From an uncultured Methylomonas sp. (GTDB lineage Bacteria; Pseudomonadota; Gammaproteobacteria; Methylococcales; Methylomonadaceae), in assembly GCA_964481455.1 (NCBI GenBank), contig CAYZUM010000001.1, positions 1 through 57,164 on the forward strand: a stretch of 57,164 nt of DNA, in the 5' to 3' direction. The position numbers and the translations under genes were made by a program. Under the pieces are notes generated by a model. That model was not told the origin of the DNA and did not search any database. It saw only the letters and a list, made by a program, of their open reading frames with translations. Shown piece by piece: positions 20,357 through 30,557 of the stretch. Positions within the stretch are counted from its first letter, which is position 1; every line of letters begins with the position of its first letter.

Positions 20357-22666
20357 TTATAGACTCAACTTAACCCCTACCCATCCAGCTCTTGGCGCAC
20401 TTACACCGACAAATCGAGTATCACGCTCATCTATCCCGACACTGTCCAGAACATCCCCTGTCTCACCATAGACACCAAAATTATTATATCTTTGATTAAA
20501 AAGGTTATCTAAACGTCCAAATATCGTTAAATGCTCATTAAAGCGATATTCCGTGAGTAAATTAACCACAGTATAGCCCTTTAATGGCGCATCTAAATTA
20601 CCCTCATCCCCGCGCGAAAACTGTTCAGAATTAAACATAACATTGAGACCCACAGTCCAGCTGGAAATGATATCAACATCCGTAGAAAATTTTACACTAT
20701 GCTGTGGAATGCCGGGGATGTGATCGCCACGATTAACCGGAATATCCCCTGTATTACTTGCATTTGGATGACTAGGGCTTTGCGACGTATAAGGCGTTAA
20801 AAAAACAGCATTAATAAAGGAATAATTAAGCGACATGCGCCAGCGATCAAAAAATGCACTAGACAATCCTAGCTCAACACCTTGTCTTTGTGTTTTACCT
20901 ACATTGGCAAAATAGCCTGCGCTATTAGCTGTTCCTGCACTCTGAAAAATAATATCATCATGATTGGTCGCGTTAAAATACCCCACATTCCAGTGAACCT
21001 GACCATCCAGTACATTTGAAAAACGCCCTCTAAGCCCTGTTTCCCAAGTTTTAGAAACCACTTGATCTAGGGGAGGATCTGCGACAAACGAATTAGGTAA
21101 TTTACAAGGATCATCTGGATCTGCACAACTTAATTCCATCGGCGTGGGAACTCGTGACGACTCACTGTATCCACCGTAAAAATTAATTTCCGGCATAAAA
21201 GCGTAGGTCATCCCCGCTGCCGGATTAAAACGATCAAATTTATGATTATCCGTTAATTCATCGCCATACCGATCTTGCATATCAATTTCGACATGGTTAT
21301 AACGCCCCGCAACATTAACAGATAACTGTTCTGTGACATTAAATACCTCGGTAAAAAACAGACCAATTGAATGTGTCGCGGTATCTAAGCGCACTCTCGA
21401 TTCATTCTCTAGAATACCTGAACCTGCCACGCCGCGCTCACCAGTCAAAGAGCCTAATTCAGTATCTGAGCGAAAAGCCACTTTACCTAAATCATAACTA
21501 GTCCCAATAACAAACTGGTTTTTATGTCCCCAGAGACTTTGATTAAAAGCAGCCTGCAGTGCAAACCCGAAAGACCACTGATTTGTTTCAGAGGTATTGA
21601 GCGTCCCCCCCTCAACATTATCAGAGGACAGTATTTGATTGCCGTAAGTATCGACTAGTGTTTCATTCGACCCTTCTTCACATAAAAATCCCGCTGCATC
21701 ATCGCATTCCTCAAATTCACTACCATCGCCATTCAAGGTATCAACACGATTACTGCGGTAATAAATGTTCGCGTTTAACTCCGTTTTATCAGTCACCCAC
21801 AAGTTACCATCCAGCGCGGTCATAAAGAAATGATTGTTGGTTTGATCTGGGTAGGTAAAAATTGCATTCCTATCGATGGCTTCCAGTTCAACAGGTATTG
21901 CGCCATTTCCCGTTAACATAGTGTCCGCACCTGCAAAGGTTAAATTTAACTGACTTTTATCGGTACGCCAACTAAAGGTTGCCAAGCCATTAAACACTTC
22001 ACTTTCAGAAAAGTCACGCCAGCCGTCTTCATGAAAATACTGTAAATCAAGAAAATAGGCAAATTCGCCGTTATTCCAACCGCTTGTAATTTCTTCATTA
22101 TGTCTTCCCCAGGAACCACCACTGACGGTAAAACTATGTTCGGGAGCTGTAAAGCCGGTTTTAGTTTTTATAGCTATCGCCCCCCCCAGACTATTTAAGC
22201 CATAGGCAGGATTAGAGCTAGGTTGCAAACTCATGGTGTCTATTGCCCCTTTAGGAATTAAATCCCAATGCACATTATCACCAAACTGTTCATTAAAACG
22301 TATACCATTCATATAGACAGACAAACCTTGCGGCAAGCCTAATAGAGGAGAAATCGTAAAACCACGGTATTGAATATCAGGTTGAAAAGGGTTGTTTTGG
22401 GCATCATTGATCGTCACACTGCCCATATGCCGGTTCATATAGTCGGCGAGTGAAATACTCTGAGTTTTGGCCAATTCTTCAGCACCCATTACCTGCACAT
22501 TCGCAGGGATTTTTTCGATCGCAACACCCCCGCCTAAAGGTGTTGTATTCACAATGCTCATCGTTTCCAACTCTATAGTTGGATCAGTTTTTTGCTTTTC
22601 TTTTGCCGACGTACTTGTTACAACAAGTAGCAGCAGAGGACTCAACAGAACGCGCTTATCTTTCAT
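20357..22666 (-). CDS. TonB-dependent receptor (LutH/LanA-like)
   Basis: Signal peptide; plug NPFQPDIQYRGFTISPLLGLPQGLSVY..GIRFNE.FGD..WDLIP; beta-barrel C-terminus; start probably MKDKR. Confidence 0.85.
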   Translation of the reverse strand: MKDKRVLLSPLLLLVVTSTSAKEKQKTDPTIELETMSIVNTTPLGGGVAIEKIPANVQVMGAEELAKTQSISLADYMNRHMGSVTINDAQNNPFQPDIQYRGFTISPLLGLPQGLSVYMNGIRFNEQFGDNVHWDLIPKGAIDTMSLQPSSNPAYGLNSLGGAIAIKTKTGFTAPEHSFTVSGGSWGRHNEEITSGWNNGEFAYFLDLQYFHEDGWRDFSESEVFNGLATFSWRTDKSQLNLTFAGADTMLTGNGAIPVELEAIDRNAIFTYPDQTNNHFFMTALDGNLWVTDKTELNANIYYRSNRVDTLNGDGSEFEECDDAAGFLCEEGSNETLVDTYGNQILSSDNVEGGTLNTSETNQWSFGFALQAAFNQSLWGHKNQFVIGTSYDLGKVAFRSDTELGSLTGERGVAGSGILENESRVRLDTATHSIGLFFTEVFNVTEQLSVNVAGRYNHVEIDMQDRYGDELTDNHKFDRFNPAAGMTYAFMPEINFYGGYSESSRVPTPMELSCADPDDPCKLPNSFVADPPLDQVVSKTWETGLRGRFSNVLDGQVHWNVGYFNATNHDDIIFQSAGTANSAGYFANVGKTQRQGVELGLSSAFFDRWRMSLNYSFINAVFLTPYTSQSPSHPNASNTGDIPVNRGDHIPGIPQHSVKFSTDVDIISSWTVGLNVMFNSEQFSRGDEGNLDAPLKGYTVVNLLTEYRFNEHLTIFGRLDNLFNQRYNNFGVYGETGDVLDSVGIDERDTRFVGVSAPRAGWVGVKLSL

Positions 22667-22864
22667 TATTATTTTTTTGCCAGATTTTAGATGGCACAAT
22701 TGTAAACGCGATGGCTAATAAAAAATATAGGATTTTTTCCTGTTTTCAGCGACAGACTTGAGACTGAAACAGTCGGTAGTTGCGGCATTCCGCGTTAGAT
22801 GCTGTGAAAATATCAAAATCCTGGAGTACAAAAACACGTTTTTGTCGTGATCACTTTCTAAGCT

Positions 22865-23509
22865 CTAATGCTTTACAACCCCCTGTAAAACAGCAATATG
22901 TGCTAACTCAGCAATACTAGAAACCTGCAATTTCTTCTTGATTTGAGTCACATAATTAGCCACTGTTTTATAGCCTATGCATAATTCATTCGCTATTTTA
23001 TGGCTGGTTAAACCTGTGGCTAATAATTTAAAGACATCAAATTCTCGCACTGAAAAGGAATCAATAATCTGCTGGTAATCATGGGCTGAAGTCTGATCTG
23101 TCATTTCTTTAACCAGCCCTTGTTCAACATACTGTTGACCTTGCAGTATACATTCAATCGCTTCGGGTAGAATATCGGGCGCACTGTTTTTAGTTATATA
23201 CCCTTTCGCGCCTGCACTCATAGCCCGACGCACATAAACCTGCTCATCATGCACGCTAAACACCAGAATATTAGCCGTCGCATCGCGTTGCATGAGGCGT
23301 TTAATCGTCTCCAGACCGCCAATCCCTGGCATAGATAAATCCATCACCACAATATCAGGTCGATTTGCCTGATATTGCTGAATCGCGACCTCACCACGAT
23401 GCGCTTCGGCAATCACCTCGATATTCGGTGCCGCTGCACTTAATAGCAGCTTAAACCCTGCTCTGACAACCGCATGGTCATCCACCAGTAAAACTTTTAT
23501 GTTATTCAT
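22865..23509 (-). CDS. NarL/LuxR-family response regulator (MxaB/MoxX-like)
   Basis: VDDHAVVR, MDLSMPG, GYITK, C-terminal HTH; ATGA overlap with the kinase. Confidence 0.9.
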   Translation of the reverse strand: MNNIKVLLVDDHAVVRAGFKLLLSAAAPNIEVIAEAHRGEVAIQQYQANRPDIVVMDLSMPGIGGLETIKRLMQRDATANILVFSVHDEQVYVRRAMSAGAKGYITKNSAPDILPEAIECILQGQQYVEQGLVKEMTDQTSAHDYQQIIDSFSVREFDVFKLLATGLTSHKIANELCIGYKTVANYVTQIKKKLQVSSIAELAHIAVLQGVVKH

Positions 23510-24810
23510 ATAATCGGAATCCATGCCTGTATTTGCATTCCCTTACCAAGGTGTGATTGTAACTCAAACTTGCCGCCTAATAATTTAACTCTTTCCGCCA
23601 TCCCTTGTAAACCAAATCCAGTCGCACGATTAAGATCACAGCCCTGCCCATTATCACTGACCTCTAACTTAAGCGTATTTGTGTCGGGCTTTATACTAAG
23701 ACTGATGGTGACATGCGTTGCCTGTGCATGACGAATAATATTGGTTAAGCTTTCTTGAATTACTCTGAAAACCTGAATAATAATGGTTTTATCAAGTGTA
23801 TCGACGGCATCATCTACCTGTAATTCAAAAGAAATGGAATCAGCTTTCACTTCCCAGTGATTGATTAAATCTTCCAGAGTCGCCTTCAGCCCAAGTTCAG
23901 TTAACATCAAAGGGTGTAACTGTTTCATCATCGAACGCAACACTTTGGTTAAATGATCACAAATTTCAACAATGGACGTGGTGATAGTTTTGATCTCTGA
24001 GTGCTTATGCGTCGCCGTCACCACCATAACCTTTATGGCGGTCAATGACTGCGCAAATTCATCATGTAATTCCTGCGATAAACGCTGCCTTTCCTCTTCC
24101 TGAATTTCCAGTGAATGTTGTGTTAAGGCCTGGTTTTGTTGTTGTGTACTCTTCAGCGCATCATTCATTTGGTTTATCGCTAGCGCAATATTGTTATATT
24201 CCAGCGTTGAAAATTCTGGGAGTTTTTGATGATACTCTCCTTTTTCAATCCCTTTAAGATTGTCGACGATCGTCTGTATCGCTTGCAAGGTTTTGTTAAA
24301 CGCCTGATGCACGGCAAAAAAAGTGAGTAAAACCAGAAGTAAGATGGAACTAAAAAAAGCAATGGTTTCATGCCAGACTTCAATCATCTCATCCATTGGG
24401 TTGGCCTGAATAAGAAGCGTTAATAAGTGATTATCAACTGTGCTGATCTGGTATTCTGCTTTGGGATAATCACTGACAACCAGGTTAACAAACCAGGCTG
24501 GTGGCGCATCGTGCCGTACATTGGGGGCTGTACGGGGTGAAATATTAATGATTGAACCAGAAGGCTCCTTTAATTGGATGCTCAAATGGCGGGTGTGTTC
24601 CAGAGTACTTAGGCGATAAATCCAGTTGGTTTGATTGGATTGCGCGGTACTCTCATTTATTTTTATCAGCTGTAAAGCCAGCTTGATGGATGAATCCACT
24701 TCATTACTGACCGCATTTCGAGCCTGCCAAATGGCTATCCCGCCCCCGAGCAATAAAATGCAAAGGGAAATTAATAAAATACGCAGGCTGATTTGGTCGC
24801 GTAAACTCAT
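23506..24810 (-). CDS. HisKA_3 sensor histidine kinase (MoxY/MxaY-like)
   Basis: Two TM helices, HAMP, EERQRLSQELHDE, QESLTNIIRHA, DNGQG, GLQGM; start probably MSLRDQ. Confidence 0.9.
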   Translation of the reverse strand: MSLRDQISLRILLISLCILLLGGGIAIWQARNAVSNEVDSSIKLALQLIKINESTAQSNQTNWIYRLSTLEHTRHLSIQLKEPSGSIINISPRTAPNVRHDAPPAWFVNLVVSDYPKAEYQISTVDNHLLTLLIQANPMDEMIEVWHETIAFFSSILLLVLLTFFAVHQAFNKTLQAIQTIVDNLKGIEKGEYHQKLPEFSTLEYNNIALAINQMNDALKSTQQQNQALTQHSLEIQEEERQRLSQELHDEFAQSLTAIKVMVVTATHKHSEIKTITTSIVEICDHLTKVLRSMMKQLHPLMLTELGLKATLEDLINHWEVKADSISFELQVDDAVDTLDKTIIIQVFRVIQESLTNIIRHAQATHVTISLSIKPDTNTLKLEVSDNGQGCDLNRATGFGLQGMAERVKLLGGKFELQSHLGKGMQIQAWIPII

Positions 24811-25270
24811 AGCACGTGGTAGGGTGGGCAGGCTTTTTTGCCCACACTTTCCCATTATGTTATCGTGATTTTGATTAGAGATTGGCATTTTAATATTTTG
24901 TTCTTGCGGGGTATTCGGTGTTTGTCAAGAGAGTTGTCGCCTAACGTTGTAAATTATGCCGCTTTTTTCTCCTCCTCCTTTTTAGTTTTTTGATGATCAG
25001 GGTTTAAGCTCACTTCCTTGATCTCATCCCAGTTTCTTATTTCCCCACTCCAGCGAGCAGGCTTGTTTAATTTAGCGTGTGTATAAACCGCTGTACGATG
25101 TCTTATCCAGTCTTGTGGGCGCTTTTCTTGGTTTGTCATGGTCGGCTTAGCAGATTGTGATGTTTCTAATGGTTGGTTTTTTGATTGGGTAATCCATCGT
25201 TGTAATGCTGAACGACTGACTCCTAATGTTTCAGCCATTTCTACCAGCGTTATTTCGGATGAACGGCTTA

Positions 25271-25427
25271 GGTAACTCGCAACACACACCCACCCACCTT
25301 GCTAGTCTTTTTGTTCGTCTTCAGCGTTGTAGAAACAGTTTCGTCGCCAGCTATGCGCCTATTTCTACTAATGGAAGACAAACAAAAATCCTGCGCAATA
25401 TGGGTAGTTTATTGATTGCGCCTTACC
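25271..25427. mobile_element. Family A MITE inside the IS3 ORF
   Basis: TTA|GGTAAC...TTACC|TTA; removing it plus one TTA restores the frame EKALSRS. Confidence 0.92.
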
Positions 25428-25488
25428 TTAGTGCTTTTTCTATCGCTTGTATTTTAAATCCTTCGGTGAATTTTTGACTCATTTTTTT

Positions 25489-25623
25489 GGTAGTGGGTTA
25501 AAACTGTTATTTTTTCTGTTTTCAGAAAACTGAAAAACAGATTCTTTATTGCGCTATTATTAGCCTGTAGCTAAATTATTGGTGATGAAATAAATTGCAA
25601 AATAACAGATTTCACCCACTACC
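25489..25623. mobile_element. Family F MITE (IS1-like ends), 135 bp
   Basis: TIR GGTAGTGGGTTAAAACTGTTATTTT / AAAATAACAGATTTCACCCACTACC; 8-bp TSD ATTTTTTT; lies between the RBS and ATG of the IS3 ORF. Confidence 0.9.
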
Positions 25624-25714
25624 ATTTTTTTGTCCTCTAAAAGTTTAAATTAGAGGTGACAACTAGTCTGATACAGGGGGGGCATCGGCTGCTGTTGCTC
25701 CTAGCTTAGTGGTA

Positions 25715-25883
25715 AGTACTCAGGCATTATTATTTTAACTAAAATTACGAGGGTAGAAATTTATCATTTTCAATAAAAATTCCTATTTTTTTGTAAAAAT
25801 ATATTCAAATTCTCAAAAATCATACTAAAAACTGGAGATTTTATCTTTTTTCAAAAAAGTTAAATCAATTTTGCATGAGTACT
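25715..25883. mobile_element. Family B MITE
   Basis: TA|AGTACTCAGG...ATGAGTACT|TA, 169 bp. Confidence 0.9.
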
Positions 25884-25886
25884 TAT

Positions 25887-26042
25887 ACTCGATGTTCCAG
25901 TTTTCAGCTATAACTGGGCTTGAAGGACCTCGTATTTTGTTGAAATAAAAGTTAAAGTATTGATCTTAAAGGAAAACATAATTTAATCGAAATTAAAAAT
26001 AGATAATAAAATCAACGCACTACAAAAACTGGAACATCGAGT
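25887..26042. mobile_element. Family E MITE, 156 bp
   Basis: TIR ACTCGATGTTCCAGTTTT / AAAACTGGAACATCGAGT; TAT TSD. Confidence 0.9.
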
Positions 26043-26318
26043 TATAGGCTATAATCGTTCCGCTGGGTGCATCCATTCGCGCCAGGCTGTGTGTATTGAC
26101 CGCCATTTCATCCATTAAAAAACTGACATTCATCGCCCGATGCCTAATTTTCCGTGCATTGCTGGTTTTTGCTCGGGTGGGCATCAGGTAATTTTCTCCC
26201 ACATGTTGCACGCCATGACCCGAATAGTGAAACAGTGCAATATTAGCATCGCTAATTTGGCTGAAAAAGTCTTCCACAGCGACTTCCATGGCTTCGCGGC
26301 TGGTTAAATTAGGTTTAT

Positions 26319-26474
26319 ACTCGATGTTCCAGTTTTTGTAGTATGTTGATTTTATTATCTATTTTTGATTTCGATAAAATTAAGTTTACCTTTAAAATCA
26401 ATGCACTAACTTTTATTGCAACAAAATCTAGGTGCCTTCAAGCCCAGATATAGCTGGAAACTGGAACATCGAGT
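26319..26474. mobile_element. Family E MITE, inverted copy
   Basis: Same TIR, TAT TSD, 156 bp, internal sequence inverted relative to 25887-26042. Confidence 0.9.
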
Positions 26475-26502
26475 TATACAGTACCGTAAATGGCGAAATA
26501 AT

Positions 26503-26558
26503 AGGGGACAGACCACAATTAATTCAACAAAAATAGTGATTTAAATTTGCTCTGTCCT
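26503..26558. repeat. Imperfect palindromic repeat
   Basis: GGGGACAGACCACAATT...AAATTTGCTCTGTCCTC. Confidence 0.5.
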
Positions 26559-26754
26559 CTGCTTTCGCGCAATGTCGCTTTTGATTTTCAATGAGATGAT
26601 AATTTTAACCTGTAAATTTCTCCAAATTAAGCTTACCCCGATTTTGCCAGTCTTGAGACTTCAAACTTCTGAGAAATTTGAGATAGTTGATAAACAATTT
26701 TGCATTTAAAGTAAATATAAAATATAATTACTGGCTTTTTTATGGGGTGTTAAA

Positions 26755-26810
26755 ACCCTCCTTGCCTTACTGTTTAATCTTGATAGAAGGCTTTTAACCG
26801 AAAGGAAAAT
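26755..26810 (+). promoter_or_regulatory. Probable S6:S18 ribosomal protein leader
   Basis: CCTTGCC...AAGGC...CCGAAAGG just before the rpsF start, matching the known leader architecture. Confidence 0.55.
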
Positions 26811-26811
26811 T

Positions 26812-27267
26812 ATGCGACATTATGAAATTGTCTTTTTAGTTCATCCTGATCAAAGCTCTCAGGTGCCAGCGATGATAGATCGTTATCGCGCATCTATTGA
26901 AGGGGCGTCAGGGACTATTCATCGTCTGGAAGACTGGGGGCGCAGACATCTTGCGTATCCCATTAAAAAGTTACAAAAAGCACATTATGTATTAATGAAT
27001 ATTGAATGTGGCCAGGCAACTCTTGAAGAGTTGGAAAGTAGCTTCCGCTTTAATGATGCTGTACTTCGTAACATGACCTTAGTTATGAGCGGAGCGGTCA
27101 CTGGAGCATCAGTTATTGCGGCTGAAGAAGCTAAAACAGCTGAGAAATCAGCTCCTGCACCAGCTCCAGTTCCTGATGCAGCCAAACCAGATGCGAAGCC
27201 AGCGACTGAAAAAGTGGCGGTTAGTACTGATGGAGCTGAACAGCCTGCTACAACAGATTCTGAATAA
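26812..27267 (+). CDS. rpsF: 30S ribosomal protein S6 with Ala/Pro-rich tail
   Basis: [26 protein letters not shown]. Confidence 0.97.
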   Translation: MRHYEIVFLVHPDQSSQVPAMIDRYRASIEGASGTIHRLEDWGRRHLAYPIKKLQKAHYVLMNIECGQATLEELESSFRFNDAVLRNMTLVMSGAVTGASVIAAEEAKTAEKSAPAPAPVPDAAKPDAKPATEKVAVSTDGAEQPATTDSE

Positions 27268-27292
27268 TAAAACAATACATAGAGGTTAGCTT

Positions 27293-27523
27293 ATGGCACG
27301 TCAAATGAGACGCAAAAAGCACTATACTTTTGGTGCTGAAGGTGAAGCAAATGCAATTGATTACAAAAATACTGAATTGCTAAGTGAGTTCGTTACTGAA
27401 ACAGGTAAAATTGTACCGAGCCGTATTACGGGCACTAGTGCAAAAAATCAAAGACAAATTACGACTGCTATTAAGCGTGCGCGTTATGTTGCTTTGATGC
27501 CTTTTTGTGACGCACACGATTAA
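27293..27523 (+). CDS. rpsR: 30S ribosomal protein S18
   Basis: [24 protein letters not shown]. Confidence 0.97.
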   Translation: MARQMRRKKHYTFGAEGEANAIDYKNTELLSEFVTETGKIVPSRITGTSAKNQRQITTAIKRARYVALMPFCDAHD

Positions 27524-27542
27524 TTAATATAAGGCAGGCACT

Positions 27543-28430
27543 GTGAAATCTTTAGCGAATTTTATTATGCAAGGTAGGGTGCAGGCTATGTCTGTTGCAT
27601 CTTCTTTAGCGTTGCTATCAATCATCTTGCCACCTGTAAGTATTGTAAGTTCAGCCACGGTAGCATTGGTTACATTGCGGCGTGGGACATATGAAGGTTT
27701 ATTAGTACTACTAAGTGCTAGTGTAGCGGCCGCTGTATTAGGTGGTATAGTTCTAGGGAATTTTCAATTCGCATTAGGCTATGCGCTTATTTTATGGCTT
27801 CCTGTCTGGCTGCTTTCGATTGTTTTGCGCGAGGGGCGGCATTTGTCGCTAGCGCTGGAAATTGCATCGATATTAGGTGTTTTGGCAGTAATAGGGATTT
27901 ATCTGTTTGTGAGCGGCCCTGCTCTGTATTGGCAGGCTGTTTTGAGCGTAATGATTCAACCTATGGCTCAAGCCTCTGAGATTTCTGTAGAGCAACTTGA
28001 GCAAACGGTTGAATTAGTCGCTCAATATATGACAGGTATGATTGCAACAGGCTCTGTTACAGGGTTATTATTAGGCTTATTGCTGGCACGCTGGTGGCAG
28101 GCAAGCTTATATAATCCAGGGGGGTTTGGTAGCGAATATCTATCTCTTCGTATGTCTTCTCGCTTTACGGTGGCAACGCTTGTTATTTTGTTAATAGCAT
28201 CGCTGTCCAGTGGCGTGTTTTCAGAAGTGGCATGGAATATAGGTATCATTCTCTTTATGTTGTATACCTTTATTGGAACGGCTGTTGCACATGCTTTAAT
28301 AGCAACGACTAAAATAAAACGATTTTTGTTACCTTTTTTTTATATGTTGTTCTTTGTTGTACCACAGATAGTACTGCCCGTGGCGATTATTGGTATTAGT
28401 GATACATGGCTGAATTTACGAAAAATATAA
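27543..28430 (+). CDS. DUF2232/YybS-like membrane protein
   Basis: Polytopic; LARWWQA.LYNPGGF; conserved position between rpsR and rplI. Confidence 0.8.
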   Translation: MKSLANFIMQGRVQAMSVASSLALLSIILPPVSIVSSATVALVTLRRGTYEGLLVLLSASVAAAVLGGIVLGNFQFALGYALILWLPVWLLSIVLREGRHLSLALEIASILGVLAVIGIYLFVSGPALYWQAVLSVMIQPMAQASEISVEQLEQTVELVAQYMTGMIATGSVTGLLLGLLLARWWQASLYNPGGFGSEYLSLRMSSRFTVATLVILLIASLSSGVFSEVAWNIGIILFMLYTFIGTAVAHALIATTKIKRFLLPFFYMLFFVVPQIVLPVAIIGISDTWLNLRKI

Positions 28431-28490
28431 AAGCATCCAGCACTTAATGTGTTGTGGTGTTGATATTCCGAGAACTATGAGGATTTAAAG

Positions 28491-28940
28491 ATGGAAGTTA
28501 TCCTTCTTGATAAAGTTGTAAACCTAGGTAACCTAGGCGATAAAGTAAATGTGAAATCAGGATATGCTAGAAATTTTCTGATCCCACATCATAAAGCTGT
28601 TATGGCAACAAAAGAAAAAATTGCTGAATTTGAAACGCGCAGAGCTGATCTTGAAAAAGCGGCCGCTAAAAAATTAGCAGCAGCTCAGACAAGAGCTGAG
28701 GCATTAGGCAAAATTGAAGTACTCATTACCCATAAAGCAGGTGAAGAAGGTAAATTATTCGGTTCTGTCGGTACGCAGGATGTTGCTGATGCAATGACTG
28801 GGGCAGGTGCTGCAGTTGATAAGAGTGAAGTGCGCTTACCTGACGGTATTATTCGTCATGTGGGTGACTACGACATTGATGTGAATCTACATGCAGATGT
28901 CACTGTGACGGTTAAAGTTCAGGTTGTTTCCGAAGTTTAA
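28491..28940 (+). CDS. rplI: 50S ribosomal protein L9
   Basis: [26 protein letters not shown]; GKLFGSV. Confidence 0.97.
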   Translation: MEVILLDKVVNLGNLGDKVNVKSGYARNFLIPHHKAVMATKEKIAEFETRRADLEKAAAKKLAAAQTRAEALGKIEVLITHKAGEEGKLFGSVGTQDVADAMTGAGAAVDKSEVRLPDGIIRHVGDYDIDVNLHADVTVTVKVQVVSEV

Positions 28941-29652
28941 GACGATACAAATTCATTGGTTTTTGCGTTTTATAGTTATGATTTATTAAGCAAATACGTA
29001 GAATATGTATAAGTGCCGGAGGTACCACGGTCTTTAGTTTACTTTGTTGGTAGATGGCTTTTTTATCATTAGTCATTCGGTCAAGCGGGAGAGCAGGAAA
29101 TTGCTTGACTCTTCTAGGCGGGAAATTTAGCACGTTTAATGATCCTGCCCTATGAAAAATTACGGCTGATATAGAGTGCTAAGCCTTAGAAACGGGGTGA
29201 ATACCCCGTTTTGCATTGTGTGGATGACTATAAGAGTAATGTGACCCTTTAACTGGTGTGACTGTTGAAGTTAAGGTTTTGTACAGGCGCTTTAGTTTTA
29301 GATCGTTTATAGTCTTTAGGTTTTGCGTTTTATGCCAAAGATCGATTAAGCTAATACCAATACCTAGAGAATATAATTGAGGTAAAAAGGCCTTTCGGTT
29401 ACTTTATATAATTTCTCAGATAAATAAATTCCATATGTATTACGGATAATATCCCTTGAAGGGATGGTCTCCGGGAAGTTATTTTTCTAAAAGTCTATGG
29501 TTAGATATTTGTATCGTACCTTACGCAACATTTTTTCGACAACTTGGAAATCAGGCTTCAAGGACATGCCAGTGGCGATGCCTGCAGGGCTAAAATACCT
29601 ACTTCCTTCCGGTAATGCTTAAATTATTTTGTACGTTTTCTTAGTCTCCGGT

Positions 29653-29924
29653 TAGGATGTTAAATTTGTCTTGATTTATTATAAATAAATTTATCACACA
29701 ATAAATTGCCTACATTTCTAAGACGTGTAGAGCGGACTTTAGTCCGCATGACGACTTAGTTTGCCGGCACATGCGGACTAAAGTCCGCTCTACATTGCTT
29801 GCGATGTTTTTTTCATTATTCTAAAATGATTTACAAGAATGGTTTCCAGCTAAATATCATTTCAGATAGCACGAAAAGTGTCTGATGGAAATTGAGCCTA
29901 TTAAGATAAAGATTTAACACCCTA
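29653..29924. mobile_element. Family J MITE carrying a REP doublet
   Basis: TIR TAGGATGTTAAAT / ATTTAACACCCTA; 9-bp TSD GTCTCCGGT / ATCTCCGGT. Confidence 0.7.
29726..29793. repeat. REP inverted doublet (REPIN-like)
   Basis: GTAGAGCGGACTTTAGTCCGCAT ... ATGCGGACTAAAGTCCGCTCTAC; single copy near 37607. Confidence 0.85.
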
Positions 29925-30557
29925 ATCTCCGGTCAAGCGAGGAAGTAGGTAGGCTTTCACTTCATTCAGTCGGGCGGAAAATTCATCCCGCTCGTCATGC
30001 TTTATGGCTGTTCATATCTGAAATAAAAATTCGGCTGTTATTTGCTGCCAAACCTTAGAAATGGAGTGAATACTCTGGCTCGCATTTTGGGTGGTTTGTA
30101 GGTTTTGTCTAAAGTCCATTCTAGTCTTGTGTTTGGTATTTCTCACTCCTAAGTTTGTTATTTATCTGGGTCTGTCTAACGCATAATCAAAGCCCCCATT
30201 CTTAACCAAAGCAATCACTCGAGTCATCAAGCGGTAGGGTTTGAGTGTTTGTGTTAAATCTCCTGCCTATTGTTTTTTAATGTTATCGAAGTTATTTTCG
30301 CAGCCTGTCTTGTCATGTTTTTTTGCGGGTTTAGTACACGATAGTTGCTAAAGTGAGTCTGTGACACATCGCGGGAAAGTGTCTGAAATCACCTTGCATG
30401 CGAGAACAGGGAGACTTCAGTTTAGTCTTGCGAAGTATCGTGATTGACAAAATAAGTTGCAATAACCCCACAAACTTTTCCATATGCAGTATGCGTTATC
30501 CATTTTTGGCATGTTTTTACTGCTCATAGCCTAAGATTTTGCCTGATTACTTACTCT

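Larger units (their letters stand above)
24921..25675 (-). mobile_element. Internally deleted IS3-family element disrupted by two MITEs
   Basis: TIRs TGTCAAGAGAGTTGTCGCC / GGTGACAACTAGTCTGATACA; OrfA HTH (MSQKFTEGFKIQAIEKAL..LGVSRSALQRW) fused to the transposase tail ARWSGEIRNW..SLNP; DDE core missing. Confidence 0.8.
25681..26495 (-). pseudogene. Caspase-like (peptidase C14) pseudogene interrupted by three MITEs
   Basis: ALFHYSGHGVQ..GENYLMP; removing the inserts gives FTVLYKPNLTSREAME... and GTIIAY-TTKLGATAAD; the catalytic DAC segment is deleted. Confidence 0.8.

Noticed and set aside
27100-27267. Ala/Pro-rich C-terminal tail of S6
   Set aside because: Low-complexity S6 tails vary widely between taxa; nothing distinctive.
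29590-29615. Minus-strand CCGGAAGGAAG resembling the SRP 4.5S RNA loop
   Set aside because: The flanking CAGG/GCAGC helix and long stem of SRP RNA are absent.
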